This document shows positions 40,229-51,402 of a DNA stretch of 64,000 nt, piece after piece. Position 1 is the stretch's first letter. Each line of letters starts with the position of its first letter. The notes below the pieces were generated by a model. That model saw only the letters and a program-made list of their open reading frames with translations, did not search any database and was not told the DNA's origin. The DNA is from Octopus sinensis (taxonomy: Eukaryota), in contig NC_043014.1 of the NCBI RefSeq assembly GCF_006345805.1, positions 27,962,001 to 28,026,000 of the forward strand. Direction: 5' to 3'. A program made the translations under genes and the position numbers.

Positions 40229-40974
40229 GTATGTTGTAATTATTGTGGTTGAAGAGCTATTTTTCAATTAAAATAGGCATTATACAAGATCGTGTCCTCT
40301 CACCTCTCATCATCCATCATCATGATACGTCCATGCTGGCATGGGATGGACAGTTTGACAGGAGCTACCTGTCCAGAAAGCTGTGCCAGGCTCCAATTGT
40401 TTGTTTGGCATGGTTTCTACATGCTCATCCTAATGCCAACCACTTTGCAGAGTGTGCTGGGTGCTTTTTATGTGGCACGAGCATCAGTGCTTTTTACGTG
40501 GAACCAGCTTGGATGCCTTTTACATGGCACCAGTATCAGCAGGGTTGCAAGACAAATACCTCTCAGCTGAGAGAAGGAGTGGAACTGAGAAAAGTAATTG
40601 TGTGCCAGGCAAAAGGTTAGAGGGACAGAAATAGCCATCTTACTAAAGAGGAGACATTTGGTTACCCCAGTAGGACAACGAAGGAGAGGAAAGTGGGAGA
40701 GAGTTTGAGAGAAAGAAAGACAGTCTGAGTGAGAAAGAGAAGGCCTACTCACAGGAAACAGTGGGGGAGTATAAGTAGTAGAAGGGATAGAGGGGGATGT
40801 TCCATAAGATTGTGGGAGATGTTTAGAGATAGCAAGTGATGATGAGAGGAATTGGAGTGGTTGGGAGGGGGTATGGTAGATATGTGAGGGCATGTAGAGT
40901 GTGCAGGTAGGCACATAATAGAGTGGAGAGGCCTGCAGTGGGTGGGGGGATGTTGGAAAGTCTCGGCCCCTTGT

Positions 40975-41255
40975 CATCTCTGTGAGGCTTCACACTTGAA
41001 GATCATCTTTTGTCACTTCACCCCACATCTTCTTGGATCTACCCCTTTCACAGATTCACCCAGAATTAGAATTGGCACTTCTTTATACAGCCTTCTTCAT
41101 CCATATGCACACTGACATTACCCATCCAACAGGGCATGCTGGCTTCATTTCTTTCAAGCCTTTGCATGTCTTCTGTGGTCACAGCCCATGTTTCACTGCC
41201 ATGTAGCACAGCTATTCATACACATGCATTATACAATCTGCATTTCACTCTGTTA
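40975..41255 (-). mobile_element. RTE LINE fragment, with a 3' tail piece at about 40310-40545
   Basis: Nucleotide similarity to the other RTE copies (cacactgacattac..., catgtttcactgccatgtagc). Confidence 0.7.
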
Positions 41256-41278
41256 TTCAATATTGTCATTTATGCAGT

Positions 41279-41665
41279 AACTAGCAGTATCGCCCGGCGT
41301 TGCTCAGGTTTGTAAGGGAAATAACTATAAAGCATTTTTAGAGAGTTATAGCCAAAATATAGCAAAAAAATGGAAAAAAATGATGGTAAATTTTTTTTGA
41401 GAGTTAAAAATGGTGGAGTTGCGTCCCCTAGACAGTTTATGGTTTGTGTTTCTGATTCTCGACCCCATGTCGAATTTATCGATTTTTTTCAGAACTGGGG
41501 GAACTTTTCAAAATTTTCGCTGCGTTAGTTTTGAATTATGACATTGGGCTATGTGTGTGTCAAGTTTCATCAGAATCAGTTGAAAGCCGTGGTCAGGGTG
41601 AGGGTACAAGCAAACAGACACACAGAAACACGCACAGACAAACTGCCGTTTATATAGAGAGAGAT
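41279..41665. mobile_element. Helentron/DINE-1-like (HINE) non-autonomous element
   Basis: Starts AACTAGCAGTATCGCCCGGCGTTGCTCAGG and ends ACAGACAAACTGCCGTTTATATAGAGAGAGAT. This end architecture is typical of DINE-1-like elements (recalled). Confidence 0.6.
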
Positions 41666-42925
41666 GAAGGTATACATCTCCAAAAGAAATTTACAATTTT
41701 GTCAGAATCCTACATCAACAGTCTTATATTTACTGACACAAAATACAAGGCCAAGGAGGTCCTACAAAATAGCCAAAATGTAGGTTTGTAGTTTAGTCTT
41801 AATGCTGATGTTGATAAGTACAAACTACTTGTTATGGACGATACTTAGAGCAGTGTCTCATTAGTTAGAATAAGTTACTGTGTTTAAATAAAATAGATCA
41901 TATATAGAAAAAAATAAAATTACTGCATGTTTGTATATCAAAAATGGAAGTTCATTAGCATTCTTGACTTTTGGTTGTTTTGCTGTCCTTTAATCCAAGG
42001 TCAGCTCTGATTGATCATACCTTACAATTAGAGACATAGCAGCAGCTGTGATCATCCCATTCTTTTAGATATATGTAGGATTACATTATCAAAGATATCC
42101 TTTTTTTTTAGGGAATTTTGCTGATATTTTTTAGCAAATCGAATGACCGTGTAGCAGCTCACTTGTATGCTTTTGGTCTTCTCAATTGTTGTTCAACAAA
42201 ACTTTATATCACCAAAATCTTTGTATGAATCAGTTTTTTTTATTTCCTGCATTGTTCGTTGTATAGTACCAAATCATAAACGTTACTGTAGAATGGTTTG
42301 GATATGTTGATAGTCTTTCAAGCAAAATGTCTAATCCTTGGAGTATTGTGGATTAACTGTCTGCAATGATAAACTTGCTTGGCACTGTCATGGCTTTGGG
42401 TGTCAAAAGTGAAAGTAGAGAAATCTGACGTCAGACGTCAACTTCGTGTATTTACGTCGTCTTTCGTTTATTTACGCCGTTTATTTACGTACCACTGAAA
42501 TGCAAGTAAAAGCTTGTATGTATGTATGTATATATATATACATACATACATATATATACATATATATACATATACATATATATATATATATACATGTATT
42601 TTTAATCGGTCTTTTTTCTTAACCACTATACATTATATACATACATACAGATAGATAGATAGATACACACACACACATATAATAGATATGTACGTGTGTA
42701 CATTTTTCAGAAAAAAATTCATACATTTTAAATATCAATAGCATTTCTCTTATTTTTTACATGAAGTTTTCGAAAAATGAATTTAGAATGTAAAAATCAA
42801 ATATATCAAATTAATAAACGCAAATTATTTTCAAATATCATTTTCAACGGTGAGATTATCAAAATATAAACTTGAAGTTAAGTTTAAAAATAAATGCGAT
42901 ACTCATTCTGTCTTGATACTTATGC

Positions 42926-43831
42926 TCAAATACATGGATATAGCTGTCGAATTTGTTCTATCAACTTCCCGAATATATCATCCTTAAATTCATAGCGCCA
43001 CATGAATTCGATGAGATGGGTCTGAAGTAAATTTCTGGCTGTTCCACATTCTCTCCTATTTCGAGTCTTTACGTGTTTCCATAAACATTCTATGTGGTTG
43101 GTTGTGGCAAATGTTACCGGATCAACAAAATTTATAGAATGATTCACGGTCAAATGTCTGTATCCTAGCTGACTGAGTGTATTATACGAACGCCAAAGGT
43201 CGGATATTATTGTTGTACCAGGCAATATACGCTCGCGTATAATCTGTAATAGAGTGTCCGCTGTTCGATCTTCAACTGCCACTAAAATACATCTTCTACT
43301 ATCTCTTTCTAATGCACCAAACACCCATTGCGTTTTAACCCGATGGCCAACATGATATTTTCTCTTAACAAACGCAGTTTCATCTATTTCAACGATTCTA
43401 TTGGGTCCTCCCAGTTTAATATTCTGTGCAACATAATATTCTGCACATACATCGCGGCAAAAATTCCTCCAATCGGTTACCGCTACATTTGCTAAATGAC
43501 ATTCCTGTCCTATTCCTTTTGCTAAATCTTCTTTGGCCCAGTAAAACAAAATATCTATGATCTGTTGACACTTCAATTTGCTATTTTCTAAAAATGTTCC
43601 TTTTCTAATTGACACGGATTTTCTACAAGGTCTTCCACACGACCATATTATTTCATCAGATATATTTTTTTTCGTTACTTCTCTCATGGGAGCTCCACAC
43701 GATGTACATATTTTCTGGGTATTCAAAAGGCCATGTCTCTTAAGCCAATTAATGCTATCTGCTGTTGTAGCAGTGGAGACGGCAATATCGCGGTGACTAA
43801 TTCCTCTTAAACTTGGATATGCAAAAGCCAT
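42926..43831 (-). CDS. Merlin/ISXO2-like (DDE_Tnp_IS1595) transposase, intact, 301 aa
   Basis: WLKRHGLL, a C42/C45/C65/C69 zinc ribbon, SIRKGTF, VEIDET (D150), WVFG, TIISDLW (D211), HLTVNHS.NFVDP, TNHIECLW (E248) and EFMWR are all ISXO2/Merlin hallmarks. Confidence 0.93.
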   Translation of the reverse strand: MAFAYPSLRGISHRDIAVSTATTADSINWLKRHGLLNTQKICTSCGAPMREVTKKNISDEIIWSCGRPCRKSVSIRKGTFLENSKLKCQQIIDILFYWAKEDLAKGIGQECHLANVAVTDWRNFCRDVCAEYYVAQNIKLGGPNRIVEIDETAFVKRKYHVGHRVKTQWVFGALERDSRRCILVAVEDRTADTLLQIIRERILPGTTIISDLWRSYNTLSQLGYRHLTVNHSINFVDPVTFATTNHIECLWKHVKTRNRRECGTARNLLQTHLIEFMWRYEFKDDIFGKLIEQIRQLYPCI

Positions 43832-44231
43832 ATTAAAAATTGTTTAGCACGTGTTGATATCACACTGAAAGTTTCTAACTGAATAAATTTCAAAGTTTGA
43901 ATTACGCACGTGGTGGTCAGTGGTCATTCTGATTGGTGTATGTAATCGCGGTGATGGTCATGGGGGTTCATTTGTGCAGATTTTGGTGTGATTTCTTTTT
44001 TAAAAACAATAATGAATAATGCAAGAATATATTTATTCTTGCATTATTCATTATTGTTTTTAAAAAAGAAATCACACCAAAATCTGCACAAATGAACCCC
44101 CATGACCATCACCGCGATTACATACACCAATCAGAATGACCACTGACCACCACGTGCGTAATTCAAACTTTGAAATTTATTCAGTTAGAAACTTTCAGTG
44201 TGATATCAACACGTGCTAAACAATTTTTAAT

Positions 44232-45135
44232 ATGGCTTTTGCATATCCAAGTTTAAGAGGAATTAGTCACCGCGATATTGCCGTCTCCACTGCTACAACA
44301 GCAGATAGCATTAATTGGCTTAAGAGACATGGCCTTTTGAATACCCAGAAAATATGTACATCGTGTGGAGCTCCCATGAGAGAAGTAACGAAAAAAAATA
44401 TCTGATGAAATAATATGGTCGTGTGGAAGACCTTGTAGAAAATCCGTGTCAATTAGAAAAGGAACATTTTTAGAAAATAGCAAATTGAAGTGTCAACAGA
44501 TCATAGATATTTTGTTTTACTGGGCCAAAGAAGATTTAGCAAAAGGAATAGGACAGGAATGTCATTTAGCAAATGTAGCGGTAACCGATTGGAGGAATTT
44601 TTGCCGCGATGTATGTGCAGAATATTATGTTGCACAGAATATTAAACTGGGAGGACCCAATAGAATCGTTGAAATAGATGAAACTGCGTTTGTTAAGAGA
44701 AAATATCATGTTGGCCATCGGGTTAAAACGCAATGGGTGTTTGGTGCATTAGAAAGAGATAGTAGAAGATGTATTTTAGTGGCAGTTGAAGATCGAACAG
44801 CGGACACTCTATTACAGATTATACGCGAGCGTATATTGCCTGGTACAACAATAATATCCGACCTTTGGCGTTCGTATAATACACTCAGTCAGCTAGGATA
44901 CAGACATTTGACCGTGAATCATTCTATAAATTTTGTTGATCCGGTAACATTTGCCACAACCAACCACATAGAATGTTTATGGAAACACGTAAAGACTCGA
45001 AATAGGAGAGAATGTGGAACAGCCAGAAATTTACTTCAGACCCATCTCATCGAATTCATGTGGCGCTATGAATTTAAGGATGATATATTCGGGAAGTTGA
45101 TAGAACAAATTCGACAGCTATATCCATGTATTTGA
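44232..45135 (+). pseudogene. Second Merlin transposase copy, frameshifted
   Basis: Mirror ATG at 44232. It lacks 2 nt (TA) after the A8 run at 44391-44398, giving TGA at 44403-44405 (57 aa). The downstream 229 codons translate identically to the left copy. Confidence 0.88.
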
Positions 45136-46464
45136 GCATAAGTATCAAGACAGAATGAGTATCGCATTTATTTTTAAACTTAACTTCAAGTTTATATTTT
45201 GATAATCTCACCGTTGAAAATGATATTTGAAAATAATTTGCGTTTATTAATTTGATATATTTGATTTTTACATTCTAAATTCATTTTTCGAAAACTTCAT
45301 GTAAAAAATAAGAGAAATGCTATTGATATTTAAAATGTATGAATTTTTTTCTGAAAAATGTACACACGTACACATTTTATATCTATTATATGTGTGTGTG
45401 TGTATCTATCTATCTATCTGTATGTATGTATATAATGTATAGTGGTTAAGAAAAAAGACCGATTAAAAATACATGTATATATTATATATATGTATGTATT
45501 AAATATATATATATATGTATATATACATGTATATTATATATATGTGTGTATGTATGTATATATATATACATACATACATACAAGCTTTTACTTGCATTTC
45601 AGTGGTACGTAAATAAACGGCGTAAATAAACGAAAGACGACGTAAATACACGAAGTTGACGTCTGACGTCAGATTTCTCTACTTTCACTTTTGACACCCA
45701 AAGCCATGACAGTGCCACTTGCTTCAGTAATCAGTTCTACTGGTATGACTATGTGAATTGAATGGCTTATTCAAAATTGCCATACAGACTACTTCCACAT
45801 CTCTAGCCACAAAAGAGTATCGAAAAAGACTTGGCTAAAAATGATCTAATGAAATAAGAATAAACTAAAGATAACCATAGGAACACCTGGCAAAAGACTG
45901 GTGAAGCTTCAAAGAAATTGCCTGTGAATTAAGGGCACTTGAAGAGGAGGAGTGGTCCAGAGGAATAATCGAAGGTCACTCTCTGCTTAAAGGTTTCGTG
46001 TTGGTGCTGATGATGATACAGATGTTGGTTTCATTGAATAGCCTCAATGACTTCTTTTGAAGTAATTCTGTGGCACAAAGGTAACAAATAAACCAATTTC
46101 TGCTTATGACAAGTTTAGTTTAGTTTCATAGTTAAACCACTCTGATGCAAAGTGGAGGGTGAAGTGAATATCTCAAAATTTATTTCTCTCTTTCCTAAAG
46201 TCCACAGGGCTCATTTACTCAATGTTATAGTGTTTAACAACAGTCATACATTTAATGTTTATCACTTTTAATTTTCACAAATTAAGAAATAATTTATTAC
46301 TTTATTCTGTTATGAAATTCCATGTGATTTTGCAAGAACCATGCCAATTCACTATTTGACACAAGTCGAATACTAATTCCTTATCCATTCATTACAATTC
46401 CTATCGGTTTTCCACTCATTCCTTAGTATTTAAACTGCTATCTTTGTAATTTTCTCCTTTTCAG

Positions 46465-46625
46465 CACCCTCGTATTCCTGTAAGGACAATAAAGCAGGCT
46501 ACATGGTGGTTTCTCACCACTAACTTTCCAATTGTGTTTCCACTTCTCACTCCACGAAACATTTTGATTATCTCTCAATATATTGTTCAAACTCTGATGA
46601 CTGACACAGTTGAACATTCAGAAAG
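46465..46625 (+). CDS. URB2: URB2 exon 15
   Basis: ttttcAG|...|GTTTGA. QATWWFLTTNFPIVFPLLTPRNILIISQYIVQTL resembles the recalled VAHWHLIVSNLTIL...LLRTL segment. Phase 0 to 2. Confidence 0.82.
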
Positions 46626-48104
46626 GTTTGAAATTTCATTTATTTTATTTTCATTTGTCACATTGCTTTAATTTTAATGAAATGTACAAGCAACCTACAG
46701 TCTTTTGACTCATCTAGGAAGATACTGACTCTGAATAAGAACTGACTTAGAAAGGTTTCAGGTGGATTGGCATCAAAAAGGTTAAAGGAAGGACTGAAAG
46801 GGAATTGTTACAATCTGCAGTGTGGCATGAGCAAATTTAAAGATCCAATCTTTAAAGAGACAACAGTGGTAATAATAATGATTTCTTATATAAACATAAG
46901 ACCATATTTTGGGGAATGGCAAAGTCAATTCTATCAATGCAACGAAACTCAAAGACAGATGATTTTGGCAGGATTTGAACATAGAAATGTAAAAGTCTGT
47001 AACTACACATCACATGGTATTTTGTCTGTCACCTTAACAATTCTGCCATCCTTTGGCTGATTTCTTTGGTACAAAGCCACAAATTATCAAACTCTGGTAC
47101 TTTATTTTATCAACTTGTTAATTTATCAGGATTTGAACGGCCCTGGTAACAATCATGTTTGGATGGTGCTCTTAGCGCTCCACTAGCATGGATGCCATTC
47201 ATGCGGTGCTGTCATCAAATTTGTACTAACTACTATATTTTCTCTGGAGCTTTTCTGCCTGAATTTACCAAATCTGATGGCTGATAGTGATATGGCTACA
47301 GTACCCTGGGTCATTTCCACCCAGACAGAAAGTGGCCAAAAGAAATTTTTCATAATATATATATATATATATATATATGAGCCTGGTGCAGCCTTCTGGC
47401 TTCCCAGATCCCCGGTCGAACCGTCCAACCCATGCTAGCATGGAGAACGGACGTTAAACGATGATGATGATATGTCAAAATTGGTTGGGACAAACATGTT
47501 AGCTTTAGAGCTGACCGATAAGACATTGCAAAAATTAGGATGACATTCAGCGCTTGTTTGTATGAAAAAACATTGATGTTAAAATGATAGTGACAGCCAT
47601 TATCATTACCAGGTATATCCTTCATTATCGATATCTTCTCCAGGCTTTTTATGTTTTCTGTTCAAATTCCATCAACTTCAACTTTGCACTTGTTCCTTTC
47701 ATAAGGCACCAGTCAAAGTCTTAGGTAAATTTTATTGGAAACTCACCACTGTGTAGCCCTGTACTGGAGAGTCCAGTGCAGTGCACCAAAGAAGACATGG
47801 GTGAAACAAATTGAAGAAAACCTAAAGTCACAGTACTTTGATCTCACGTGTGCTAAGGCCAGCGCCATGGATCAGAAAGCATGGAATAACATCGCCACCA
47901 GAGTCTGTCATCCAGCAGCACCCACAGCAGTGTGTTGGTTGAGAGGACAATCTCCCCTTCCAGTTGCCAGCTAGAGATTTTACTAGTCCAAAAGCATTAA
48001 TGCTCTTCCAAATATCCTCAAGTATTTTTTTAAATAAATAACTGCCTTTAAATGTTTTGATGTATTTACCTTTAAAAGAATTTTTTTCTCTTTCAACTAT
48101 TTAG

Positions 48105-48239
48105 GGAAATGTCAACGGAAGCAAGTTTTACATGGGATTTAATCAAATCTCCTTTCTTTCAAGAAATGGCTTCATTCCATCCTCTCATTATCTCTTGTAT
48201 TTTCTCTACACTGGCTGGTTCAATCTTGAAACAAGATGG
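48105..48239 (+). CDS. URB2: URB2 exon 16
   Basis: atttAG|...|GTAAAT. LIKSPFFQEMASFH matches the recalled LHSPLFPEMQSLH. Phase 2 to 2. Confidence 0.88.
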
Positions 48240-48455
48240 GTAAATTCTCAATTCTTACCATCTTAGTCATAAGTTTTTTTTTTTAAACTCTTTCCTAGTG
48301 TTTGTTAATTATTTTTCTCATAAAATTTTGTTTTTACAGTTAAAAACTTTTTTTTTTCTTATCTCTGAATTTTCATATATTTTTGCCACCTATTTTTGTC
48401 GTTTCAATTTGAAAAACTGAGCAGTTTTTCTTATTTTTCTTTTTCTTAAATCAAG

Positions 48456-48542
48456 TTCTCTACCTGAAGATATGAAGACTGTTGCTAGTTTATTCAGTAC
48501 TTTAGGAAACTCAGAGATACAGTGGAATAACCCCAATGATAA
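48456..48542 (+). CDS. URB2: URB2 exon 17 (probable)
   Basis: Long pyrimidine tract, then tcaAG|...|GTAAGA. SLPEDMKTVASLFSTLGNSEIQWNNPND. Phase 2 to 2, so it could be skipped without shifting the frame. Confidence 0.6.
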
Positions 48543-48869
48543 GTAAGACATTTCCTTTTTTTCTATTCTTTATTACATTTTAAAACTTATTTACATTACC
48601 ATTTCATGGAATGTTTCTTTTTTAAGTTTTTATTTTTTTTTATTTGTAAGAAAATTATTTTAAAGTTGGTTGCTTTGTTAAACAGTACTCACTTACATGA
48701 GTAGTTGGAAATGCACTACTGGCACTGGCATGAATGCTCTTTTACACGGCACCAATCATGGTGTCTTTTATGTGGCACTAGTATGGATCTTTTTATGTAT
48801 CACTTACATGGGTGCTTTTTATGTGGTGCTAGCATGGGTGCTTGATTTTATGTTGCTTGACATATTTTC

Positions 48870-49870
48870 TCAATCACAGCAAATTGCCTGAAGTCTCAGA
48901 CTCCTGTTAACTCCTTGGTGAAATTCAATATCTGAAGATCCCTTTTCACCACTTTGTCCCGTGTCTTCTTGGCGGGGTCCACCCTTTCTACAGGTTCCCT
49001 CCACAATTAGAAATTGGCACTTCTTTATGCCATGACCATACACATGCAATTTTCCCTCTTGCACACTACATCTAATGTCTCTTATGCCCAATTTTACTTT
49101 CAAATCACTTATATTCTGTCATACATGCACACTGACATTATCCATCCAGTGGAGCAGCCTGACGTCATATCTTTCAAACCTTTACATGTCCTCTGTAGTC
49201 ACAACCCATGTTTCACTGCCATGTTCATACACAGGCATCATACAATCTGCCATTAACTCTGAAGGAGAGGCCCTTCATTACCAACAAAGGTAGCAGTTCT
49301 CTTGGCCCATCCTTAGTTTAGCAGTTATGCTTTCAGAGCTTCCTCTTCCACTGTTAGCCTGTTTGCCTAAGTAATGGAAACTATGTATTACTTCTAAGGA
49401 TCCCCTGGACATTTGAGGGAGTCTATTTTCTGTGCATTCCTATTGCTTATTGTACCTGCACATCTTCTACACACAAAGACTACTTTCTCTGTTAATCTTC
49501 CTTTGATACCACTGCACCTCTTATGTGTCCATAGCTTGCACTGGGTACACTGTATGGAGTTTCTACCAACACCTTTTCTACATATCAAGCAGGCCCATCT
49601 CCCTGAAGAGCTCAGTGATTCGTCTCTTTTCCTGCTTACTAGGACTTCAGACTTTGTTAAATTAATTCTAAGGCCCTTTGATTTCAGACCTTCTTCCACA
49701 CCTGAAATTTTCTCTCTTGTTTTGGTTGTGACTCAGCAGTAAGAACATGGTCATCAACATAGAGGAGCTCCCAAGGGTAGCCAGTCTTAAATTCCTTGAG
49801 AAGATTTATTAAAATAACACTTTTGTTTTTGCCATTGTTAGATATTACTACAATGTAACTGGAAGGCATG
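48870..49870 (-). mobile_element. RTE LINE fragment
   Basis: PWELLYVDDHVL, SKGLRINLTKSEVL and CLICRKGVGRNSIQCTQCKLWTHKRCSG. Confidence 0.88.
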
Positions 49871-50012
49871 TACAATTGTACAGCATTCTTGTTGAGAGAA
49901 GATATGAAGGTCAAGCAGGCCATTCATCATATTTGCATACCCATATGTTTAAATCTGTTGTTTTGAAAAGAAAATATTTCATTATGTATATTTTTTTTTT
50001 ATCTTACTCTAG

Positions 50013-50130
50013 AAAGACTTCTGAAGCATTAAAGATTGTTGGAGAAGGCTTTTGCAGTTTATTTGGGAATTCAGTTGCTCAAAGTGATGCACAAGAAAAG
50101 GTTTTACAGAAATCTTCAACCATCATTAAA
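50013..50130 (+). CDS. URB2: URB2 exon 18
   Basis: actctAG|...|GTAAGT. KTSEALKIVGEGFCSLFGNS...STIIK. Phase 2 to 0. Confidence 0.8.
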
Positions 50131-51054
50131 GTAAGTCAGATGAGATGTTTCCTTACAATTCGACTATTCATTATCATCCTGTGTTTTTTTTTTTGTAATG
50201 TGTCTTTACTTCTATCTCAATCTTGTGTTGTCACTTCACCTATGAGTAATTTATAGTCTGATTCTATCCTATTTCAGGTCTTTGCTATATCTCAACTTTA
50301 TGTATCTTTTCACACTAACTCATGTCAGTTTATCATCCAGCATACATTCACCAGTGTTTTTTGGCATGTCCTTTTGCTTTATCTTGCATTTCCACAATAC
50401 CTTTCTTGTAAGTTAGCATTGAAAACACAATAAATCCTAGTCAACTGCCCAATTTTTAGATTTCCTACATTATCATACATCTTGCACTTTGCTTTAACTT
50501 AGTTTACTTTTTGTATAAAGAGAAAACTTTGGCTAACAGTTAACTAAACTTCTATTTATTCCCAACTGAACCATAGGTATCCTATCTCAATCCCAAGCAC
50601 AATGTCACCTAGGAAACTTGGCAATGTTATCATTAAGCCATATAAAGAGTTCACTACATTTTTGCTTGTTTGAGTATACAAGTTTTTTTTTGTGTGTGCT
50701 TAAGCTATTAGCTGCTGTTCCAAAATAGGTATTGGACTAATTGTCTAAAGAAGTTTTTAATAAGTATATAATTTTGAACATCTTTGTACTTTAACAACTT
50801 TACTGAATAGAAGCTGAAATACATGTTACTTTATTTTCTTCACTAAGAAAGTAAATTCAAGCGTAGCCTGAACTGCTTTCATGAGTTGAGTGATACTTTT
50901 ACTTTTAGCTTTTTCATTTCTTACTAAACTATGCACACATTTTAGACAGAGTTGTGTACATAGAAGTTTTCTCAGCAACTGATCTGTGTTTATGTTTTAT
51001 CTAATCTATCCTTGTATTGAGGCCTTTTGGTACAGTCCTGTGCAAATATATATA

Positions 51055-51087
<33 letters not shown>

Positions 51088-51402
51088 TCTAGGTTTACAT
51101 ATGTAATAACTTGGTAATGTGTGAACTGTGTTCCCCATTCACAGGCCACTGGTTTTAAGTAAAGTATTAAGCACCTGTAGTATGCAAATTGATAATCCTA
51201 ATTCTCTGAGTCTACTAGATTTGATGTGTATATAAATGGGTTGGCTACTTGTTACTCTGGGATTGCTCACTTGATGTAGACACCTGATGAGACCCCAATG
51301 AAGGTCAAAAATCAATTAAGGCTGTTGTCATTTTTTTCAATCTATGGAGAAATTGGTGAATTTGACATATTTATTTGTATGTCCACCCTGTATGTCTCTG
51401 TA

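Larger units (their letters stand above)
42381..45716. mobile_element. Fully palindromic Merlin/IS1595-superfamily DNA transposon with two outward-facing transposase genes
   Basis: Ends are GGCACTGTCATGG...CCATGACAGTGCC. The direct 8-bp duplication ACTTGCTT lies at 42373-42380 and 45717-45724. Arms 42381-44029 and 44034-45716 are reverse complements around the 4-nt centre TATT. GG termini and 8-9 bp TSDs are known Merlin traits. Confidence 0.93.

Noticed and set aside
43578-44483. Short antisense ORFs (72, 76 and 61 aa) within the transposase arms
   Set aside because: They are shadow frames of the transposase, repeated only because of the palindrome.
44446-45135. The 229-aa ORF as an independent gene
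   Set aside because: It starts at a GTG inside the frameshifted copy; the true mirror ATG is at 44232.
42381-45716. The palindrome as a pure fold-back chimeric-read or assembly artefact
   Set aside because: The flanks are different and non-mirrored, a direct 8-bp TSD bounds both ends, URB2 exons 14 and 15 stay colinear and in phase across it, and the arms differ in simple repeats. Read-level confirmation is still needed.
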